From the NCBI GenBank assembly GCA_964016885.1, contig OZ024758.1:5270001-5334000 (forward strand): a stretch of DNA of 64,000 nucleotides, read 5' to 3'. Shown in pieces: positions 1 through 12,132 of this stretch. A model generated the notes under the pieces. It did not search any database. It worked only from the letters and a program-made list of their open reading frames with translations, and was not told the origin of the DNA. Origin of the DNA: Eledone cirrhosa. Its lineage: Eukaryota. Every line of letters begins with the position of its first letter. Positions within the stretch are counted from its first letter, which is position 1. Both the position numbers and the translations under genes were made by a program.

Positions 1-152
1 GAGAGAAAGAGAGAGAAATATGATATATATGTTATTATTATTATATCATGACTCATACACTGTTCATTTTCCTGACATTTGTACATTATTCTATGTACTA
101 TACATGCACCTTTGATGAGTTGTAGTGCACCTGAGCACTGTACACAATAATT

Positions 153-186
<34 letters not shown>

Positions 187-369
187 ATATGTATATTATT
201 ATATTATCATTACATTTGTGGTACATTGTGCAATTGTTTTGTACTATGCTATATACACTATGATTTGGTACACAAGCTATGGTTTGATACACAAACTATG
301 GTTTGATACACAAGCTGTGGTTTGGTATATAAGCTATGGTTTGGTACTAAAGCTTGCTACACAAACTTC

Positions 370-411
<42 letters not shown>

Positions 412-852
412 GCGCACACACACACATACAGGAACAGAAAGAACACAACTAGTTAGGAAATTACAAGTACAATCCATTAACGGAACAGTAAAAATATGTA
501 AGACATTCCAAAAATGTTGCATCTAATAACTGCATATATACATATACAGAGGCAAAGCATATACACATGCACACATACAACTCAAAACATACACATCCAC
601 ACATACAATAACATCTATATCTATACATACATACATATCTACCTAGTTGATGTTGTGTAAATTCCAATGAGAGAGTCTTGTGTCTATGTTAGAAACCGAC
701 TCTCTCTCTATTGGCAAAAAATTTGTGAAATTATAAAACCAGAAGAACATACATACACACATACACACATACATACATACATACATACATACATGTGTAT
801 ATATATATGTGTGTATACATATATATATAGAGAGAGAGAGAGGGAGAGAGAG

Positions 853-882
853 AGAAATATATATATATACCGATATAGAGAA

Positions 883-931
<49 letters not shown>

Positions 932-942
932 GATATAGAGAA

Positions 943-993
<51 letters not shown>

Positions 994-1175
994 GATATAG
1001 AGAAATATATATATATATATACCGATATAGAGAAATATATATATATATATACCGATATAGAGAAATATAATATATATATATATATATATACCGATATAGA
1101 GAAATATAATATATATATATATATATACCGATATAGAGAAATATAATATATATATATATATACCGATATAGAGAA

Positions 1176-1218
<43 letters not shown>

Positions 1219-1231
1219 GATATAGAGAAAT
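853..1231. repeat. Compound minisatellite: ACCGATATAGAGAAA separated by (TA)n of variable length
   Basis: About 9 identical 15-mers with AT spacers of different lengths. Confidence 0.85.
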
Positions 1232-1320
1232 GTAACTGTGGGTGTTTGTGCTTATACACCCACATCTATATATATATACACGTATTTATATCTATGTAAA
1301 GAGAGAAATGTCAATGTATG

Positions 1321-1366
<46 letters not shown>

Positions 1367-2150
1367 CGTGTATGTGTATATATGTGCGTGTATGTGTATA
1401 TATGTGTGTGTGTGAGTGTGTGTTTGTTTAAGTGCCTACTAATTGTTTATCAGTTGAGAAACCTTAGTTTCAGTGTTCAGATTTCAAAGAAAATAAAAGC
1501 GGTTTCTATTTCCACAATCATATATTTACTACTGTACTTAACATATCTTGCTTGAACCTCTACTACAAAGGTGGAAGGTGATGGAATGCTTGTCTATCTA
1601 CAAAATATCCGTGGGTGAGTTACACAGTTATCGAGCTGCAGAGAGAAAACTAAGAAAGACATTGAAGGGAGTTTAAAAGAGATTACGTTCTTTCTATGGC
1701 CATACAATGCTTCAGATTTATAGCTGGAATGGAAATGGTTAATTATCAGTAATATTTGGAATATAAAATGACTTCAAAGAAAAGAGATAAAGGTAAATAA
1801 CTGATTCGTCTTGGTGGGAGTTTCACCCTCTAGTCAGCACTTTAAAATCTATGGAGAAGGCTAGAAAGAATGATGCTGAAAGCGAACAAAACGAAAATGC
1901 GAAATCTCAACAAAAATAAAAGAATGGGAGATAAAGAGAAGCAGTTAATGGTTTATAAGTAGTTTTGTTTTTCAGAGGCTAAGAGCCTTTCACTTTTTAT
2001 TGTTACACAATATTCTCCATTTAAAACTTTCTCTTCGTTACATATCCATTAGGGCACGAACAGATAATGAGAAATATCTATGGAAAATGGATGATAAGAG
2101 TATGTTATGATTGAGAATGGAATATTTCTAAGATTGATATATATATAGAT

Positions 2151-2201
<51 letters not shown>

Positions 2202-2328
2202 GGTTTTGTGTCGTTAATTGTCTGTCGATGAGTGTGTGCGCTTGTTTTATGCGTCTGAGGAATCTAGCTTTTATCATTATTCTTTATCGCCAGGCAGGCA
2301 TATAGTATAACTTTGTTATACAATATAA

Positions 2329-2372
<44 letters not shown>

Positions 2373-2414
2373 CATCTTCATCATCATCATTGTTTAACGT
2401 CCACTTTCCACGTT

Positions 2415-2680
2415 AGGGATAAACTGTAGTGTGCGGGAGAGAAGACTGCGTTGGTATGGCGATGTGATGCGCATGGAGGATGACAGCTGAGTAAAGAAGT
2501 GTCAAGAAATCCAAGTGGAAGGAAGACGCAGTAGAGGAAGACCATGAAAATCATGGGTGGAGCTGACCTCAGATCGCTGAAGCTCACAGAGATGACGACG
2601 AAGGACCATGTCGAATGGAGAGATGTTCTGCTGAAAAGGACCCGTCCCACCCTTGCAAGCAAGGAAAAGCGGACGTATGA
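2415..2680 (+). mobile_element. RTE-clade LINE 3' remnant
   Basis: Translates as VRERRLRWYGDVMRMEDDS*VKKC...EGRRSRGRP*KSW, the RT C-terminal motif of RTE/BovB-like LINEs. Related piece on the - strand at about 27110-27280. Confidence 0.75.
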
Positions 2681-2709
2681 TGATATATATATATTCGGAT
2701 TTTTATTAT

Positions 2710-2755
<46 letters not shown>

Positions 2756-2929
2756 ATATATGTGTGTGTGTGTGTGTGTGTCAGGAGCCAGCTGTTGAAA
2801 CAACAAGAGCTCAGTCGTCGGGGTCCCGACTCCTTTTCGTATATGCATGGTGGTGGTAATAGTGGCTTCTCTTTAAAAAACACCAAACTCGATATGGAGA
2901 AGTTGACTGTAAAACACACTCACTAATAT

Positions 2930-4579
2930 GATAGTATCTGATGTAGGTCATATAGCAGTCATATAGTATCTGATGTAGGTCATATAGCAGTCATATAGTA
3001 TCTGATGTAGGTCATATAGCAGTCATATAGTATCTGATGTAGGTCATATAGCAGTCATATAGTATCTGATGTAGGTCATATAGCAGTCATATAGTATCTG
3101 ATGTAGGTCATATAGCAGTCATATAGTATCTGATGTAGGTCATATAGCAGTCATATAGTATCTGATGGAGATCATATAGCAGTCATATAGTATCTGATGG
3201 AGGTCATATAGCAGTCATATAGTATCTGATGGAGGTCATATAGCAGTCATATAGTATCTGATGGAGATCATATAGCAGTCATATAGTATCTGATGGAGAT
3301 CATATAGCAATCATATAGTATCTGATGGAGATCATATAGCAGTCATATAGTATCTGATGGAGGTCATATAGCAATCATATAGTATCTGATGGAGGTCATA
3401 TAGCAATCATATAGTATCTGATGGAGATCATATAGCAGTCATATAGTATCTGATGGAGGTCATATAGCAGTCATATAGTATCTGATGGAGGTCATATAGC
3501 AGTCATATAGTATCTGATGGAGATCATATAGCAGTCATATAGTATCTGATGGAGATCATATAGCAATCATATAGTATCTGATGGAGATCATATAGCAGTC
3601 ATATAGTATCTGATGGAGGTCATATAGCAATCATATAGTATCTGATGGAGATCATATAGCAGTCATATAGTATCTGATGGAGATCATATAGCAGTCATAT
3701 AGTATCTGATGGAGGTCATATAGCAGTCATATAGTATCTGATGGAGGTCATATAGCAGTCATATAGTATCTGATGGAGATCATATAGCAGTCATATAGTA
3801 TCTGATGTAGGTCATATAGCAGTCATATAGTATCTGATGGAGGTCATAGAGCAGTCATATAGTATCTGATGGAGGTCATATAGCAGTCATATAGTATCTG
3901 ATGGAGATCATATAGCAGTCATATAGTATCTGATGGAGGTCATATAGCAGTCATATAGTATCTGATGGAGGTCATATAGCAATCATATAGTATCTGATGG
4001 AGGTCATATAGCAGTCATATAGTATCTGATGGAGATCATATAGCAGTCATATAGTATCTGATGGAGGTCATATAGCAATCATATAGTATCTGATGGAGGT
4101 CATATAGCAGTCATATAGTATCTGATGGAGATCATATAGCAGTCATATAGTATCTGATGGAGGTCATATAGCAGTCATATAGTATCTGATGGAGGTCATA
4201 TAGCAATCATATAGTATCTGATGGAGGTCATATAGCAGTCATATAGTATCTGATGGAGATCATATAGCAGTCATATAGTATCTGATGGAGGTCATATAGC
4301 AATCATATAGTATCTGATGGAGGTCATATAGCAGTCATATAGTATCTGATGGAGATCATATAGCAGTCATATAGTATCTGATGGAGGTCATATAGCAGTC
4401 ATATAGTATCTGATGGAGGTCATATAGCAGTCATATAGTATCTGATGTAGGTAGCAGTCGTATAGTATCTGATGGAGGTCATATAGCAGTCATATAGTAT
4501 CTGATGGAGGTCATATAGCAGTCATATAGTATCTGATGGAGGTCATATAGCAGTCATATAGTATCTGATGGAGGTCATA
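2930..4579. repeat. 32-bp tandem minisatellite, about 51 copies (AGTCATATAGTATCTGATG[G/T]AG[G/A]TCATATAGC)
   Basis: A 32-nt period is directly visible; variation is largely confined to three positions. Confidence 0.97.
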
Positions 4580-4865
4580 TTCCAGTCATATATTCAGATC
4601 GTCAGCTTACACACATCAATTTACAATGTAAGCCGCATGCGCTTCTTTATTTCCAGTTCTGAACAAACCTCTGCAATTGGTTGTGTTCTATGCTATACAA
4701 GGGCCAAGGACTATACCCAGTTACCAACCATTTCTCAAAGCCATATTCGAATTGGACACCAATAGGGTGATGAGTTTGTTGTATTACTGGTGATGGAACC
4801 AAGTCTGGGTTGATTCCACGCCTCCAACCAACACTATGGAAAGAAGAGGGTAGTTTAGTATCATA

Positions 4866-5023
4866 CGTCGAAGATGCTACTTTTTTCCTAAAATAAGTCT
4901 CAAAATTCTACCATGCGTCCTGGAGGCTGAAGGTTATTTATTGTTATTATTTTTTTTTGGGGGGGGGGGCGAAAATTAAGGCGTGTCCTCGAGGACGAAG
5001 CGTCTTGGGCGCCGGGAAATACG
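4866..5023. mobile_element. pogo/mariner-type MITE, empty form
   Basis: Ends match the MITE copies at 9249-9753 and 48793-49125 (…cgtcgaaga[c/t]gctactttttt…; …gcgccgggaaatacg). Confidence 0.65.
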
Positions 5024-6525
5024 ATATATTCTGGTAGGGTGTTATTTGAAGAAATTTGACTGTTATTTCTTGCAGATCAATATTTGTAAATCCCTCCACA
5101 AATCCATTCAGTATTTGATATTTGCTGATCAACCAACAAATCACTAACTAAACATTTTTAGAAGTCTTGAGATGTAACATTTATTTTCTCTCTTAGATAG
5201 CATCTCACAGATACAAACCGCTCTCCATTGTGTGAGGTAAAAAAAAATATATATATATATATATAAAGAATTGTAAAACGGTTGGGGAAAAATCGATCCT
5301 TGCGTAAATAATAAAGTAGATGTCCCTGTTAGCATTTAGACTTCTTATAATAAGCAGCAGTTTAAATTAACAACTGAGTCAGACAGAAGATGAGATGCTA
5401 TGGTCTATAATTGATCATGTTTGTGAAGTGTCACCACAAACTCGAGTGTAATGCTTAGCAGCCAAGGTTACTAAACTATGTTGTACGCCATCATGTCTCC
5501 GATCACAAAGATTTTTGTTTGTATTTTAAAATAAGTGAATATGTATCTGTATGAGCTGCTGGCATAAGTGGATAAACGACCTACTCATACCATCAACCAA
5601 ATTCTAAACTATGCTAGATCACGATTTCAATGGTAACTAAACATAGCAACAGTTATCAATCCTATACATGTATACAACACTCGCATTGACAACATACATT
5701 TGATCCCGGCTGTTTTTTTTTTTGTGAAAATAAAGTGTTTACTTATCTACGTTTTCATTAGAGACAGGGAAAAATCCCTTTGCCGGAAATATAGTTTGAT
5801 TAGCGGCAAATAATGTTTCCTTCCGAAGGATGCACCATGATAAACTTGATGAAAAATCAATGAAGCAATAGAAATATTTGACCAGTTGTATTACATTTGC
5901 ACAAATCTGTTGGTACCTTCTATATTTATTATTCTAGATATAATAAACATTGTCTTCTTTTGTCCTTATATCTAGTGTTAAGTTTTCTTCGTGCAGATGT
6001 TCTTATACGCCGAATAAACGCAATTGATTTCACACAAACACACACAATCAATTGATTGAGCATTTGACATTGTGTTCGGGCAACAAACCTTTAAGCTGTA
6101 AGTATTCATTCTTCAGCCAAACGTCAAGACATAATCCTATAGATATGTCGTTCCGGTTACATAATACTTCCACCTAGCCGAGAACCATGCTACCAACTCC
6201 CACACAGAGTATTTAATTGTATGGGGTACTGTATAACAGTTAGGACATGCTATCTTCCTTGTCTAATCTATTTAAGTACACCAGGTTTTGTTGTTACTCA
6301 GTCCTAAGTCAACCCTGATTGAGCAGACATATTATCAAAGGTATTCCAGCCATGACTATCCTCTCTGTATGGGGACATAAACATCTAGAAGTACATATAT
6401 CTAATGTTCATCTCCTTCTCAATAAATGGTAGTTCTAATCTTATTTGTTTAGTTAAATACTGCACAGTGACTTGAAGGAGATTTTTTTTCTATTGAATGT
6501 ACTCAAGACTAAACGTTTTCTAGAG

Positions 6526-6600
6526 CAGGCATGTCAAACATGCAGCCCGCGGGCTGCATGCGACTCTTTACAAGCACACCTGCGGCCCGCAGCTTTTTGC
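6526..6600. mobile_element. hAT-type terminal fragment (CAGGCATGTCAAAC…gcccgcgggc)
   Basis: Typical hAT/Charlie terminus following a TCTAGA target-like site. Confidence 0.55.
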
Positions 6601-6649
6601 AGCGCGAGCATGTTTTATCTTCGTAATACAAAATAATAAAAAAAATGCT

Positions 6650-6960
6650 CAGACAACACATATGTGACCCATGTGGCCATCGGGAGATCCTCAGTTTGAC
6701 AGGCCTGTTCTAGAGGCACAATTATACACAGAGGAAGGGAAGATAAACAAATAGCCCGGATTGTCCGGCGGCTTCGTCTTCGCACTGGTCGCCGTCGAGA
6801 CCTCAGGCGTACTTGGACCCCGTACTGCCGAGCTCCTTCGCAAAATCGGAACGTCAGCGCAACACATCTGAAGAAGGAGCTCTGCGAGGTGGTGTGGTTG
6901 AGGCAGCGGGTGTCGCTGGCCATTGTCCATAAGAATGCTTTGCGGTCATGTCTACAAGGC
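6650..6960 (+). mobile_element. Degenerate restriction-like endonuclease domain of a CRE-clade non-LTR retrotransposon
   Basis: Frameshifted translation: EEGKINK*PGLSGGFVFALVAVETSGVLGPRTAELLRKIG … WLRQRVSLAIVHKNA. This matches the (K..KY)-(P.AVET.G..G)-(LRQR.S.A....NA) pattern. Confidence 0.7.
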
Positions 6961-7974
6961 GCAGCCTCAATACCACCGCGCCTTAGGCCCAGAGCCCTTC
7001 ACCCTCCTCTTCACCCTCCACTTCACACACCCTTCGTCTCCCCCTTCACACACCCTTCACTCTCCCCCTTCATCCCCCCTTCATCCTCCCCATTCTTCTG
7101 TGACACGACAGCCATGTATTTCCCTTCTTGTTCCCTTTTTATATTTTTTTATTTTACATTCCATTATTTCTTCTCAATCTGTGTTGTTTTTTTTCTTTTT
7201 CTATTACACACATAATATTACCCGAGCTTATATCATCGATTCTTGAATAAAAGTCAATATTTGTTGCCACCGTGTCGTGAACTCGAGTCTAAACTGAATG
7301 CTTTTCTGTATTCTGTTCAATGCTATGCTGTGGTGATAATTTCTACTAATCTTGAACTGGTAAATATATATTTAAAACGAAAATAGATAATAAAATTGTA
7401 TATAGTTTAACACAATGATTTATTAGAAAGTCGTGTTGTACTTAATGCCGGAGCCATGATAGAGTCCTGTCTCAACATCTGTATTTTATAAGCTGTGGGG
7501 TCAATAAAATGTTAGCAGAATAGCTTGAAGTCATCATAGGAATGAATCATGCTGTTGGTTTATAGATGTAAAGGATTATTAATGTAGTAATTTCATGGCG
7601 TTATAATAAATCGCATATAGGTGTTTATTTGAAGTATGGAGTCATCTTAGCAGTAGTTAAATACATTACAGAATTGTTGCTTTAGCATTCATCGATTTAG
7701 GTAAAATAGATTTTAGCAAATAGTTTGAAATCACGCAAACAGTAAGGAAGAGAAAATCTGCGCTCGTCTCCGCCGGCCAAACATATTTAGTAGAGTTCAC
7801 AAATTTGAACAACTTCGTATGTCGTAGGAAGACGTGGGTATTAGCGTTTTTGCTGATCACCATTTTGGGAAAGAATTTTGTTTTATTTTATCATTCATAA
7901 TCGCTAAAACCCTTTTATTTATTCCAGTTTGTACATATAAACACAGTTTATGTTATATATATATATATATATAT

Positions 7975-8165
7975 AATTGTTTCTACTTTAGGCACAAGGC
8001 CAGCAATTACCCAGTGCATTACTGGTACTTTATTTTATCGAACCCGTAAGGATGAAAGGCAAAGTTAACCTCGGCGGGATTTGAACTCAGATCATAAAGG
8101 GCCGTAACTCTATGCTGCAAAGGCATGTCGTCGAGACCCTCTACCGATACTGCCAATCCACCGGC
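7975..8165 (-). mobile_element. tRNA-derived SINE family A (Meta-domain-like centre)
   Basis: A box TGGCAGTATCGG, B box GAGTTCAAATCC, centre GCCTTTCATCCTTACGGGGTCGATAAAATAAAGTACCAG, tail GTAGAAACAATTAT. About 20 copies in the window. Confidence 0.85.
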
Positions 8166-8300
8166 CTGTCGTAATCCATATATATATATATTAGTGCGAA
8201 ACGTTTTCTGTGTATAGAGAGGGAGTTGTTTTTAAGCAGTTTAAAAGTTCTTGTACATATTTAAGTCGTATTCTCTTTATGTTTTAAGATCACAGACTCG

Positions 8301-8572
8301 TGTAATTTCTGGATGTTTCCGAAGCTGAAGGAGAAGCTCAGGGGTATCCTCTTTGTGAATGTGTAGGAGATGACGGAGGCTGTGACGAGAGCCATGGACA
8401 CCTTCAATTTGGAGGACTAGAAGCGGGCCTTCCAGAAGTGGCTGGAGGGCTACAATAAGTGCATTAAATTTAGAGGATCCTACGTTGAGGGAAAGTAGAG
8501 TTTTGTGTTGACCTTAGTTAAATAAATGTCTCTCTGATAAAAGTCTTAAAACCTCTTGAGTGTACCGCATAT
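8301..8572 (+). mobile_element. mariner transposase C-terminal remnant plus probable 3' end
   Basis: 8301-8498 translates as CNFWMFPKLKEKLRGILFVNV*EMTEAVTRAMDTFNLED*KRAFQKWLEGYNKCIKFRGSYVEGK*, a typical mariner C-terminus with two stops. Confidence 0.85.
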
Positions 8573-8869
8573 ATCTATGCTGATCTAATGAGATATCAGC
8601 AGAATACTACACCTGAACTGTAACATTAGATATATATCTATGCTCATTGGAAAACTTGATTGTATAGCTAAGTTCCACAGCTCCAATCTTGATAAGCTTG
8701 GCTTCACGTAATAAGAAAGAACACAGCTAATTGCAAAATCACAGCTGTAAACCATTTTGAACTATGAAAAAATGTCGATCATGCAAGAGACTTAACTTGT
8801 ATTTTAAACATATATGTACACGTGTAGACTCACGTGAAGCACGGGCATGTGTCTAAAAAAAAAGTCTAA

Positions 8870-9142
8870 AGTCTGTCTTAAGCCAGAAGGCTCATTTGGC
8901 CGGTGCTTATCCTGGTTTCATGGCGTGAAGCATCTGAGAGTGCAAGACTCCCTCCTGGACAGGGCGCCAGTCCATCGCAGGGTTAAACCTCCAGCTATTG
9001 CTGGTACTCATTTTCAGCTGAGTATACTGGAGCAACGTGAAATGAAGTGTCTTGCTCAAGAACACAACAGGCAACCCAGGAATTGAACCTACGACATTAT
9101 GATCGTAAGTCCAACACCCTTACCACTAGGCCACGTGCCTCC
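8870..9142 (-). mobile_element. tRNA-derived SINE family B
   Basis: tRNA-like head followed by the TTGAGCAAGACACTT…CACGTTGCTCCAG block shared with other copies. Confidence 0.8.
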
Positions 9143-9248
9143 CCAACGTGCACGTGTACACATACATAAATCGAAATACAGATATCTACATATCTAATTA
9201 CATGCGTACTAATACACACACATTTATGCGTTTGCAGAAACAAATACA

Positions 9249-9753
9249 CCGTATTTCCCGGCGTCGAAGACGCTACTTTTTTCCTAAAATAATTCTCAAA
9301 AATCTACCATGCGTCCTGGAGGCCGAATGTTGTTTATTATTTTTTTTTTTTTTTTCAAATTGGCAGTATCGGTAGAGGGTCAGACACCATGTAGTATCGG
9401 TAGAGGGTCAGACACCATGTAGTATCGGTAGAGAGTCAGACACCATGTAGTATCGGTAGAGGGTCAGACACCATATAGTATCGGTAGAGGGTCAGATACC
9501 ATGTAGTATCGGTAGAGGGTCAGACACCATGTTTTGCAGCATAGAGTTACGCCCCTTTACGGTTTGAGTTCAAATCCAACCGAGGTTAACTTTGCCTTTC
9601 ATCCTTACGAGGTCGATAAAATAAAGTTCTAGTAATACACTGGGATAATTGCTGGCCTTGTGCCAAAAATAGAAACATTTTTTTTTTCCATATTTTTGCT
9701 TGTCAAAATTAGGGTGCGTCCTCGAGGACGAAGCGTCTTCGGCGCCGGGAAAT
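9249..9753. mobile_element. MITE with TIR CCGTATTTCCCGGCG containing a nested family A SINE
   Basis: TIRs ccgtatttcccggcg / cgccgggaaata; SINE A at about 9360-9677 with a 6x 28-bp duplication of its head. Confidence 0.8.
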
Positions 9754-9924
9754 AGAGTATTTGGTGAGGAATGTTTAAAATACGATAGACGACCAAACAG
9801 AAATAAATTATACCTTTACTTGTGTATAATAAACCACTACCAATCCCACACAACTGCATATACAGATATAAACACATTTGTTCATAATAGTGAGAGGGCG
9901 GGAGAGGCGGGGACATTGACAGTG

Positions 9925-10270
9925 GGTGTCTGGTTCCTTCAGGTTCGGGCTTGGTGTATATGTGAGATGGGGAGAATGGGGGCAGTGGGAGTTTGGTTCC
10001 TTTGTGTTCGGACCTGATGTATATGAGAGATGGGGAGAATGGGGGCAGTGGGAGTTTGGTTCCTTTGTGTTCGGACCTGATGTATATGAGAGATGGGGAG
10101 AATGGGGGCAGTGGGAGTTTGGTTCCTTTGTGTTCGGACCTGATGTATATGAGAGATGGGGAGAATGGGGGAAGTGGGAGTTTGGTTCCTTCGTGTTCGG
10201 GACTGGTGTATATGTGAGATGGGGAGACGGAGGCAGTGGGAGTTTGGTTCCTTCGTGTTCGGGTCTGGTG
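9925..10270. repeat. 63-bp G-rich minisatellite, about 5.5 copies
   Basis: Unit GATGGGGAGAATGGGGGCAGTGGGAGTTTGGTTCCTTTGTGTTCGGACCTGATGTATATGAGA. Confidence 0.9.
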
Positions 10271-10842
10271 TATATATATATAGATATATTATATATATAT
10301 TTCACGAGACACACGCTCAACACATGTGTGTGTACAATCACAATCCTATTTTGCAACACACGTGTTTATTTACGTGCCGGTAAATATTTACAGATATCTA
10401 AACATATGCGAGACAGACAGATATATGAATATTTGAATACAGACATAGAAAAACCATTCAGTGAATAAAACAAACAGACGTGACATTTATGTTAAGGAAA
10501 TAATCATTTATTCGAAATTCTAACTTATCTTAACCTGAACATAAGGCTACATGTTTATACGAACAGCAGTTTCTCTGTAAAGAATAATTTGCAATTGTGA
10601 CGTAAATGTATTATAAAATGTTAATTGTCGGCCTCTGATGTTAATACTGACGTTTCGTGTGAGTAATTAAATAATTCCGTGTACATTATAATTCAGCTCG
10701 AACGAAAGAGATTAAATCTAAAGACCGTAGACTTCACTATTAGACTCCGTTATTTCTAATGTAAATGAATATTACGTAAGAATTACTTTGCATCGCTTAA
10801 AAACTGTATAAAATGGAACGCTACACGGCCATTATTTAGTTT

Positions 10843-11100
10843 CAGGTGGACCATAACGCACCAGAGTATTCGATACTTTGGGTAGTAGAGTGGGTAATAG
10901 GAAAAGGGTTAGAACCCAGACGGCAGAACTCAAGCCATTTCGACGGCTATTTCTGGGGCGTCCAGAAATAGCCGTCGAAACGGCTTGAACTCTGCCGTCG
11001 GGGTCCTGACCCTTTTCCTATTACCCACTCTACTACCCAAAGTATTGAGAACTCTGGTGCGTTATGGTCCACCTGGTTCCTTACCACACTTCCTTCGTTA
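10843..11100. mobile_element. Fold-back element (arms about 114 bp, 5-nt loop at 10957-10961), (TA)n-associated family F
   Basis: 10843-10956 is the near-reverse complement of 10962-11075. Other copies at about 38037-38195, 55443-55625, 55932-56050 and 62755-62920. Confidence 0.85.
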
Positions 11101-11512
11101 TATATATTATATATATGATATTTCTTTTTTGTATATATGATATTTCTTTTTTGTATATATGATATTTCTTTTTTGTATATATTGGAGGACATTAAACGAT
11201 GTGACCTTTCCTAACCTTTATAGAATGGTCGAATTCTTTAAAACACTGAAATATGAAAGGAAGATGAAAAAAGAATAGAGAGAATAATTGAACTAGTGAA
11301 ATATGAAATACTTTGATTTATTTTTCTTACATGTTCACACTATCTGTATAAAACTAAAACTGTCATGTGTTTGTCTGTTTGTCTGTATATTCTACAATAA
11401 ATATGTTTTGATTTACGTAAACACGAGCCCTTTTGCCTAAAATGGTATAGAACACTTAAAGCAGAAATTTATAACAGATAGCAAGAGGGAAATAGAGAGA
11501 GGTTGTTCTGTT

Positions 11513-11541
<29 letters not shown>

Positions 11542-11549
<8 letters not shown>

Positions 11550-12132
11550 ATACTTTGGGAGGGTCATGTTGCCAATAAGAAACACACGCACCAGTTGCTT
11601 TCACTTCAATTTAATTTAATATATATTTATAAATTTACAAATTTATAAATTTCTGGTTGGTTGGTTGGTTCCACAACCAGATAGTTGTTTATATATATAT
11701 AGTCATAGTTCTTTCGTCACACACTCTGTGACCTCTTCAGTGACTGGGGATTTCTTTCTTCGTTTCTGTGCCTTTCCTTTCTTCTATCCTATGCCATTTT
11801 GTTTGTGTGACACACAAACAAAATGGCATAGGATAGAAGAAAGGAAAGGCACAGAAACGAAGAAAGAAATCCCCAGTCACTGAAGAGGTCACAGAGTGTG
11901 TGACGAAAGAACTATGACTATATATATATAAACAACTATCTGGTTGTGGAACCAACCAACCAACCAGAAATTTATAAATTTGTAAATTTATAAATATATA
12001 TTAAATTAAATTGAAGTGAAAGCAACTGGTGCGTGTGTTTCTTATTGGCAACATGACCCTCCCAAAGTATAACAATATCGGTTTCAACACACGATTTCAG
12101 ATAAAGAATCTTGCTAAACAAATTCAGAAACG

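Noticed and set aside
1581-1614. First (signal-peptide) coding exon ending at gtgagt
   Set aside because: Neither ATG gives a hydrophobic signal sequence or the phase 0 needed to join exon 13412.
2930-4579. CRISPR-like array or tandem ribozyme array (unit contains CTGATG.AG)
   Set aside because: There are no unique spacers, no cas genes and no GAAA box, and the context is eukaryotic. It is a plain minisatellite.
11665-11955. Two near-identical 72-aa ORFs on opposite strands
   Set aside because: A by-product of the palindrome, with no coding signal.
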